The position numbers and the translations under genes were made by a program. From Okeania sp. (GTDB lineage Bacteria > Cyanobacteriota > Cyanobacteriia > Cyanobacteriales > Microcoleaceae), in NCBI RefSeq assembly GCF_035285525.1, contig NZ_JAYKGW010000102.1:1-24277 (forward strand): a stretch of DNA of 24,277 nt, given 5' to 3'. Below, one piece after another: positions 9,854 through 16,144 of the stretch (its first letter is position 1; each line of letters begins with the position of its first letter). The notes below the pieces were generated by a model that saw nothing but the letters and a program-made list of their open reading frames with translations, was not told the origin of the DNA and did not search any database.

Positions 9854-10137
9854 GACTTAGACATCTAAAGAATAAACCGAGTTTATTCTCCTAAATTATT
9901 ATTTTTTAATCTTAGGAAATTTCGTGGATAAATTCGGTTTCTGTATAAATTCTTAACACAATATGTTTAATTTTGAATGAAATATACAGCACAGGACTTA
10001 GACATCTAAGGAATAAACTGAGTTTATTCTCATAATAAAATTATTATTTTTTAATCTTAGGAAATTTGGTGGATAAATTCGGTTTCTGTATAAATTCTTA
10101 ACACAATATGTTTAATTTTGAGTGAAGTATACAGCAG
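9854..10137 (+). repeat. Two tandem direct repeats of about 141 nt
   Basis: Unit 1 is 9854-9994 and unit 2 is 9995-10137. By hand alignment they differ at about 6 substitutions and one 4-nt indel. Each unit has gacttagacatctaag and the hairpin GAATAAAC-NNN-GTTTATTC. Confidence 0.9.
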
Positions 10138-10275
10138 TCGAAGCCGAGGTTAGGAAATAGTTAAATGCTCAAACTAAGCCAGAGATTACTTCTGACTTGC
10201 GTGTAGAACTATACAGAAAAATATCTATTTGAGTTTTATTTTTAGGGAAAAAGGAAGTAATGTGAATGACTTTAG

Positions 10276-10971
10276 CTAAATTCTAATAGTGGCCATTAAT
10301 AAACCTTTAAATAATTTTATGCCATCCGTATTACCCAATATTGGGTCTGATGCTCTTTCCGGATGAGGCATCATTCCTAACACATTTCCTTGACGGTTGC
10401 AAATACCAGCGATATTCTTAAGAGAACCATTAGGATTAGCTTCCAGAGTAACTTCACCATGTTCTGTGCAATAACGAAATAAAATTTGATGATTATTTTC
10501 CAAATCTTGTAGAGTATCTACATCAGCGTAGTAACAACCCTCCCCATGAGCTATGGGTAAATTAATTACTTCTCCCTTGGTATAAATAGACGTCCAAGGT
10601 GTTTCAGAATTTTCTACTTTGATAGGTATTTGATGGCAAATAAAATTTAATTTTTGATTTCTTACCAATGCCCCTGGTAATAATCCTATTTCCGTCAATA
10701 TCTGGAAACCATTGCAGATACCTAAGACTAATTTCCCCTTTTGAGCATGAGCAATAGTTGCTTTCATTGCTGGAGAAAAACGGGCGATCGCTCCACATCT
10801 TAAATAGTCCCCATAACTGAAACCTCCAGGAATAACTATTACATCCACATCAGAAATATCTTCTTCTTGATGCCAAACCATGCGAGTTGATTGACCTAAT
10901 AATCCTTGAGTTACCCAAGCCACATCTCGGTCGCAATTGGAACCAGGAAATGTAATAATACCAAATTTCAT
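10276..10971 (-). CDS. purQ: Phosphoribosylformylglycinamidine synthase, glutamine amidotransferase subunit PurQ
   Basis: [17 protein letters not shown]-terminus, [10 protein letters not shown], catalytic [13 protein letters not shown] and MPHPER motifs. The track start TTG 10983 is less likely than ATG 10971. Confidence 0.92.
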   Translation of the reverse strand: MKFGIITFPGSNCDRDVAWVTQGLLGQSTRMVWHQEEDISDVDVIVIPGGFSYGDYLRCGAIARFSPAMKATIAHAQKGKLVLGICNGFQILTEIGLLPGALVRNQKLNFICHQIPIKVENSETPWTSIYTKGEVINLPIAHGEGCYYADVDTLQDLENNHQILFRYCTEHGEVTLEANPNGSLKNIAGICNRQGNVLGMMPHPERASDPILGNTDGIKLFKGLLMATIRI

Positions 10972-11058
10972 ATAAATTTTCAATTAATTTAAACTTGTTG
11001 ATTATTAAAAATTAATAAAGTCAGAAATTTCAAGACCCAAATCTTCAACTAAAGGGTT

Positions 11059-11094
11059 GGTAGAATTAACTCCCTACAAGGAGTTAATTCTACC
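11059..11094. repeat. Perfect 15-bp hairpin repeat
   Basis: GGTAGAATTAACTCC (11059-11073), loop ctacaa, GGAGTTAATTCTACC (11080-11094). Confidence 0.85.
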
Positions 11095-11168
11095 GATTGA
11101 ACTAATATTCCCTTCTCTCTCCCCCCTTTCAAAGGGGGGTAGGGGGAATTTCATAAGTGCATTTCTAG

Positions 11169-11445
11169 GGCGTGTCATCAATTAAAGAAGTTGACAAAAT
11201 GGCTGTTATCTGTTAGTTAAAAATGACGATCACTACCTGTAGATTCAGATACAGCGAGCGCACACCTGAAATTGTCCAGTCGGTAGGCGAGGGTTCTCCG
11301 TAGGGACGTTGCATAGTCCGTACAACGATTTTTCAAGCATTCAGTTAGCTAAATCGGCCTCCACAATGATGTAATGCACAGTTTGAGCTTTGTCAGTCCA
11401 CTACTTTTTTCGATCAAGCTTCTAACATCTAATTGATGACACACC
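11169..11445. mobile_element. 277-bp MITE-like element with GTGTCATCAATTA terminal inverted repeats, inserted between purS and purQ
   Basis: gtgtcatcaatta at 11172-11184 and its exact reverse complement at 11430-11442. The extended 18-bp TIR has 2 mismatches. The core is more GC-rich than the flanks; there is no ORF over about 31 aa. Confidence 0.65.
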
Positions 11446-11465
11446 TTAGTTTGTAGAGGGTTTGG

Positions 11466-11493
11466 AGAATTGACCCCTGTAGGGGTCAATTCT
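11466..11493. repeat. Perfect 12-bp hairpin repeat related to 11059-11094
   Basis: AGAATTGACCCC (11466-11477), loop tgta, GGGGTCAATTCT (11482-11493). Confidence 0.85.
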
Positions 11494-11533
11494 ATTGATA
11501 CTACCAGATTTGATATCAATTATCCATTCTTTT

Positions 11534-11566
11534 CTCCTCCTTCCTCCTTCCTCCTTCCTCCTTCCT
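11534..11566. repeat. STRR-like heptamer array TTCCTCC
   Basis: ttcctcc x 3 exact (11541-11561) with partial copies on both sides; it abuts the purS stop codon. Confidence 0.9.
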
Positions 11567-11837
11567 ACTCCCTACTTCCTACTCCCTCTTCTAGTTCAAA
11601 GCAATAATTTTCAATAACAGGATTTGCCAGTAGTTTATCACAGACTAATTCTACTTCTTCTCTAGCAGTTGCTTCATCTGTTGCTTGAAGCTTTAACTCA
11701 ATATATTTACCTATTCTGACTTGTTCTACATTTTCATATCCCATATGTGCCAACCCAGATTTAACTGCAGCGCCAGCCGGATCTAAAACAGATGGTCTTA
11801 ATGTGACATAGATTTGTGCTTGATATTTTTTGACCAC
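11565..11837 (-). CDS. purS: Phosphoribosylformylglycinamidine synthase subunit PurS
   Basis: 90-aa ORF with a GTG start. KKYQAQIYVTLRPSVLDPAGAAVKSGLAHMGYENVEQVRIGKYIELKL is typical PurS. The last ~8 codons (EEGVGSRE) are encoded by a GGGAGTAGG-type repeat. Confidence 0.9.
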   Translation of the reverse strand: MVKKYQAQIYVTLRPSVLDPAGAAVKSGLAHMGYENVEQVRIGKYIELKLQATDEATAREEVELVCDKLLANPVIENYCFELEEGVGSRE

Positions 11838-11914
11838 GTTAGTAAAAAGTTTACAATATAAATTTAACTACCTAATATTATCTGTTAAGTTGTGCACAAA
11901 TTAACTAATTGGCT

Positions 11915-12295
11915 ATGAAAACCAATCGCACCCGTTCTCAAGAGCGTATTTTAAAATTACTAAAAACCCAGAAGCGATCGCTATCTGCTCAGGATATACA
12001 TTCAAAGTTACGCAGATGTGACCAACCTCTGGGACTAGCAACGGTATATCGTTCTTTGGATGCTCTAAAGCAAGAGGGTATAATAATTGTCAGAACTTTG
12101 GCTAATGGTGAATCTGTGTATAGTTGTCTACAGCAAGACCAACATCATCTAAATTGTGTTAAGTGTGGGACTTCTATACCTATTAATGAATGTCCTATCC
12201 ACGATTTAGAGGATAAATTGCAAGAGTACCACAAATTTAAGGTTTTCTACCACACGTTGGAATTTTTTGGAGTTTGTGATGGCTGTATTTTATAG
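11915..12295 (+). CDS. Fur family transcriptional regulator (Zur/FurB-like)
   Basis: Winged-helix N-terminus (RILKLLKTQKRSLSAQDIHSKL..LATVYRSLDAL) followed by HHLNCVKCG and C-terminal CDGC metal-site motifs. The track start TTG 11909 is less likely than ATG 11915. Confidence 0.85.
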   Translation: MKTNRTRSQERILKLLKTQKRSLSAQDIHSKLRRCDQPLGLATVYRSLDALKQEGIIIVRTLANGESVYSCLQQDQHHLNCVKCGTSIPINECPIHDLEDKLQEYHKFKVFYHTLEFFGVCDGCIL

Positions 12296-12538
12296 CGCTA
12301 CGCGCCAGGGAATAGGGAACAGAAGACAGGAAACAACATAACATCTTCAGTAGCTTAGTAAGTATTTATACTGTACGAATTATCTTTATTTAACTTTACT
12401 TTCCAGTCAAATTCTCAAGAAAATATTAAGCATAAATACTTACTGAATGATTAAATAAATCTGACAGGTATAATTGTACTTCTTAATTCTTACTTTTGAA
12501 TCCATGACTTTTGACTTTTGAATTATATCGAAACTTAC

Positions 12539-13504
12539 CTAACTGCCAAAGGAATTTTTGTCATCTGCCACAATAGAACGAATACCTTCTAAAGTTGCTG
12601 GAATGTTCCGAGGATCCATAAACATAACTTTACTACTATCACTACTACCAATCTTTAGACCCATATCTAAATAATTTTGAGCTAATAAAAATTGGAGTGC
12701 TTCTTTAGCATTAGGATCTTCATTGAGACTTTTAGTAATAATCTCTAATGCTTCAGCAGTTGCAGAAGCTCTTAATACTTGAGATTGACGTTCCGCTTGA
12801 GCCTTCAAAACAATGGCTTTTTGTTGTGCTTCTGCCTCTAAAATAGTTGCTTTTTGTCGAGCTTGAGCATCAAGAACTTGTGATTCAGCTTTACCTCTGG
12901 CAGAATTAATAGCAGAATCTCTTTCTCCTTCCGAAGTTAAAATTGCAGCTCGTTTTTGTCGTTCGGCACTCATCTGTAATTCCATAGAATCTTGTACTGC
13001 TTTAGAAGGGCTAATATCTCGTAATTCTACCCTAGTTACTTTAACTCCCCAAGGGTCAGTAGCAATATCTAATTCTCTTAATAATACCTCATTAATTTCT
13101 GTTCGAGCTGTAAAAGTTTGGTCTAATTCTAATTTACCCATTTCTGCCCGAATTTGAGTTAAAACTAGATTAACCATAGCAGATTGGAGATTTTCTACTT
13201 TGTAGAAAGCTTTTTCCATATCCATGATTCGCCAATAAACTACAGCATCTACACTAATAGCAACGTTATCTCTAGTAATACATGGTTGAGGCGGAATATC
13301 TAATACTTTTTCCCGAATAGTTTCTTGATAGGAAATTCTATCTAAAAATGGGATAATAAATTTCAAACCAGCATCTAATTTTCTACCATTATATCTTCCT
13401 AAAGTTTCAACTAAAGCTTCATTTCCTTGATTAATAACTTTGGCACTTCCGGCTATACTTGAACCACCTAAAGCTAAAAATACTAATAAAAAAAATTGTT
13501 CCAT
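12539..13504 (-). CDS. SPFH/Band 7 (stomatin/prohibitin-like) membrane protein
   Basis: N-terminal TM, SPFH core ([42 protein letters not shown]), Ala/Gln/Glu-rich coiled-coil tail. AGGAG lies 9 nt upstream of the ATG. Confidence 0.9.
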   Translation of the reverse strand: MEQFFLLVFLALGGSSIAGSAKVINQGNEALVETLGRYNGRKLDAGLKFIIPFLDRISYQETIREKVLDIPPQPCITRDNVAISVDAVVYWRIMDMEKAFYKVENLQSAMVNLVLTQIRAEMGKLELDQTFTARTEINEVLLRELDIATDPWGVKVTRVELRDISPSKAVQDSMELQMSAERQKRAAILTSEGERDSAINSARGKAESQVLDAQARQKATILEAEAQQKAIVLKAQAERQSQVLRASATAEALEIITKSLNEDPNAKEALQFLLAQNYLDMGLKIGSSDSSKVMFMDPRNIPATLEGIRSIVADDKNSFGS

Positions 13505-13761
13505 TTTTAATCTCCTAATTACCTAAATTAGCTCTTAATTTCAATTGATTTTGGTTGGCAAAATCAATCTAAGCATTCAACTATTAGCGACCAGTTTTTC
13601 CTGACGAATACTAAGCAAAAAGGAATAATATCCAAAACTTAAGGAGAAGCTTTAAATGAATATAACCTTTAAAGTCGGCTTTAATAGTAAAATTAAATTT
13701 ACGTCAATAGAATAAAGCTTTTATTTCAAACTAAAATAAATAGCTGATAGCTGACTGCTTA

Positions 13762-14193
13762 TTAAGAATTTAATAAATTTTCTGGCAATACAAATAAAGT
13801 ATTACCCTCTCGTCTCACGACAATAACTTTTTGTTGAGCAGAAATTGTACTTTCTTGGTCGTCACATTGAGCACGCCAAGAATTACCTTGATAAAGTACC
13901 CTACCTGCTTGACCTGGTAAAATCTCTGTTAAAGTTTCTGCTTCCTTAGCATCAGCAATAGTAGCTACTGTATGATGGGGCAAAAGACGACGAAAAGCAA
14001 AAATAGAACCTACAGAAAAAATCATCCATAAAGCGACTTGTAAACTCACACTAGGAATTAAGAGGGACACTAGGGCGACAACAAAAGCACTTAGTCCCAT
14101 CATAAATTCAACAAAGGCCGTAGGTACAAGAAATTCTAAAAAACAAAGAATTGTCCCAGCTATTAACCAGAATATTGTTGGATTTAATAACAT
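13762..14193 (-). CDS. NfeD family membrane protein
   Basis: 143 aa with two or three N-terminal TM helices and a C-terminal OB-like segment (GRVLYQGNSWRAQCDD..KVIVVRREGNTLFV), upstream of the SPFH gene on the same strand, the usual NfeD-SPFH pairing. Confidence 0.85.
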   Translation of the reverse strand: MLLNPTIFWLIAGTILCFLEFLVPTAFVEFMMGLSAFVVALVSLLIPSVSLQVALWMIFSVGSIFAFRRLLPHHTVATIADAKEAETLTEILPGQAGRVLYQGNSWRAQCDDQESTISAQQKVIVVRREGNTLFVLPENLLNS

Positions 14194-14311
14194 GGATAAA
14201 TGAGGATAGTTAGGTTAAAGATTTTGTCTCTGTTCAGCACCGAGCAATCAGTAAGATTATTGTTTGGGAATTTCAATTTTTAGGCAATTATTTAACATTC
14301 CTGACATTTAT

Positions 14312-14411
14312 AGGACTTACACGGGAGGAACCCGGTTTCTAGGAGAAACCGTTGTTTTGAGCAATAGATGTCTAGGAGAAACCGGGTTTCTGGCTGCACT
14401 TGCGTCAGTCG
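14312..14411. repeat. GGACTTAC-ended palindromic element E1, interior built from AGAAACCGGGTTTCT palindromes
   Basis: Left end aggacttacacgggagg; right end diverged (gcacttgcgtcagtc). Internal hairpin CGGTTTCT-agg-AGAAACCG (14333-14351) and agaaaccgggtttct (14377-14391). Confidence 0.6.
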
Positions 14412-14764
14412 TGATTTATAAAGTTAAGAACTATTTGTGACTAAAAAATCAGGTATTAATTTTCCCCTTTCAAAGGAATGAAAAGCGATTTAATTGGATA
14501 TGGTGAGGAAACCTCGCTATATCGAATTTACCAAGAGAAAATCAACTTCAGTATTTCCATCCCAATGCAACAGCTACGAGGTACTGTTGATTTTTCGCTT
14601 TTCGGCTGTCGCTGACATAAAATTCTGCGCGACATGAATGCAAAGTATTCCATAGGAAAACTTTTCTACAAGAGGCAGTTCCTCCGGAGGAGGCTAACTG
14701 ATAACTGAAATAACATCTATAAAGTTAATTAGTATTAGCTAAACTTATTATTGATTTTCCTTTA

Positions 14765-14853
14765 GGGCTTACGCAGCGACCATAGATATAGAGTTTAAAA
14801 CTATAGCGCTATCGTTTTTTGACTCTATATATAGTACCTTGGCGTAAATCCTG
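14765..14853. repeat. About 90-nt long-hairpin element E2 (GGACTTACGCA...GCGTAAATCC family)
   Basis: gggcttacgcagcgaccatagatatagag...ctctatatatagtaccttggcgtaaatcctg. Outer and inner helices are separated by a 6x6 internal loop; the centre contains the palindrome TAGCGCTA. Confidence 0.85.
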
Positions 14854-14975
14854 TCCTTAAAATCACTGTACTGATAACTGAAATGACATAACTAGATAGA
14901 ATTATACCTTGACAAATACTCAGGTATATGATCGGTTTATTGCGAAATTTATCAGTGTAACTTCTATCTCAATCA

Positions 14976-15064
14976 AGACTTACGCAGCGACCATATATAT
15001 AGTGCTTAAAACTAGAGCGCTATCGTTTTTTGACTCTATATATAGTACCTTGGCGTAAATCCTG
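14976..15064. repeat. Long-hairpin element E3
   Basis: Differs from E2 at about 4 of 88 positions by hand alignment. Confidence 0.85.
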
Positions 15065-15103
15065 TCAACAAATCTTTAGCGTTTTGACGCTGAGAAAGTT
15101 CTC

Positions 15104-15145
15104 GTCATTTCAGTTATCAGTTATCAGTTATCAGTTATCAGTTAT
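15104..15145 (-). repeat. Inverted copy of the (CTGATAA)4-CTGAAATGAC leader module, with no gene attached
   Basis: The plus strand reads gtcatttcag(ttatcag)x4 ttat. Its reverse complement is nearly identical to 19381-19416. The following minus-strand ORF is only 10 codons. Confidence 0.9.
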
Positions 15146-15397
15146 TAATGCCTTTAGCTGAAGCAAGAGGCTTGGAATCAGGAGTATTCTCTTTTTTTCC
15201 TCTTAAAAGGGGAGGCGCATACCCACAATTTTTCAGTAAAACTGTCTAACTTATATATCAACAGTAAAAAAAACAATTCCTGACGAAAATTCTCAGATTA
15301 GTTTTTAATTGTATTACTTTTGACCCAAAAATAAGGTCAATAGCTTTCCCTAGGATACTATCCTTTTATGTTAAGAAAGATGTTGATAAAGCATAGT

Positions 15398-15487
15398 CAG
15401 GACTTACGCAGCGACCATAGATATAGTGCTTAAAACTATAGCGCTATCGTTTTTTGACTCTATATATAGCACTTTTGCGTAAGTCCT
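15398..15487. repeat. Long-hairpin element E4
   Basis: caggacttacgcagcgaccatagatatagtgc...tatatatagcacttttgcgtaagtcct, with near-perfect 12-nt termini. Confidence 0.85.
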
Positions 15488-15676
15488 TTCAGCAATTAAC
15501 AATGAAAAATTAATAATTAATAATTACCCCTCTATCCCTGATCAGGAACTCCTGAAACCCTTGTGGAGAGGGGGAGATACGGATAACAAATCATATTAGC
15601 TAAATAAAAATACTGAAGCAATCCCTAAAAAATGTATTTTTTCATACAATTTTCTCCCAAAAAAGCAACTCGCCAA

Positions 15677-15704
15677 CTTATACATAACTTGTAGATTTTG
15701 TCAA
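15677..15704 (-). promoter_or_regulatory. Sigma70-like promoter motif inside a dispersed repeat module
   Basis: Minus strand TTGACA (15704..15699), 16-nt spacer, TATAAG (15682..15677). Same architecture and flanks as 18100-18127. Confidence 0.3.
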
Positions 15705-15867
15705 GTTTTATGTTAAGTAAAGATGTTTATAAAGCATAGCTTAAAAGAAGGGGATTGACTAAAAGGAAAATTTTTTATTTATCCCCTAGGATAGGGGAGG
15801 CTTCAAGGCATGAATTGTTGAATGAATAATTATTTATAAACTCTTGATTATTAATTATTAACTATTA

Positions 15868-16007
15868 CAGGACTTACACGGGAGGCAATATATATAGAGT
15901 ATTGGCGCGTTACACTACCGCTTTACATGTCGCGTAGCAAAACACACCTTACCAATAGCGTTTATGGGTAAGTTCTATATTAATTATTAATTGTTTGGTA
16001 AGTCCTG
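15868..16007. repeat. GGACTTAC-ended element E5 (140 nt) with a different interior
   Basis: Perfect 10-bp termini CAGGACTTAC / GTAAGTCCTG. Shares its first 18 nt (aggacttacacgggagg) with E1. Confidence 0.75.
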
Positions 16008-16144
16008 TAAATCTTAAAACCCTTTGATAGTCTACTGTTCCCTGTTCCCTCTCTTGGTCGATTGGATATGGTTAGGGAACCCATCCATCTCTCGACCGCT
16101 ATTCCCTATTCCCCTAGCGGGTAGCACTATAACTGATAACTGAA

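Noticed and set aside
9854-10137. NsiR1 array or DGR template/variable repeat pair
   Set aside because: There is no TCCGGA (DIF-type) motif at the -35 position and no hetF context, so I do not call it NsiR1. The differences between units are not adenine-specific and no reverse transcriptase is nearby, so it is not a DGR. It is kept only as a generic candidate sRNA array.
10604-10798. 64-aa minus-strand ORF inside purQ
   Set aside because: It is an alternative frame of a well-supported conserved gene.
11466-11493. HetR-binding-site-like palindrome (GACCCCtgtaGGGGTC)
   Set aside because: The known HetR site, as I recall it, has the G-run first (GAGGGG...CCCCTC). Here the polarity is reversed, and a sibling hairpin at 11059-11094 lacks the C/G core altogether.
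11838-11914. Possible Fur/Zur box in the purS / Fur-family divergent promoter (ctaatattatctg)
   Set aside because: It is only a partial AT-rich match without clear dyad symmetry, and is indistinguishable from background in this AT-rich spacer.
13656-13715. 19-codon plus-strand ORF (MNITFKVGFNSKIKFTSIE) with AAGGAG 9 nt upstream, in the 257-nt NfeD-SPFH spacer
   Set aside because: It is very short and AT-rich, lies opposite to the surrounding operon, and has no supporting conservation that I can assess. The SD-like match could be chance.
14765-15487. Possible CRISPR array (three near-identical repeats)
   Set aside because: The repeats are about 90 nt and strongly palindromic, the spacing is irregular (211 and 424 nt between starts), and the same family occurs singly elsewhere. 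This fits MITE-like behaviour, not a CRISPR array.
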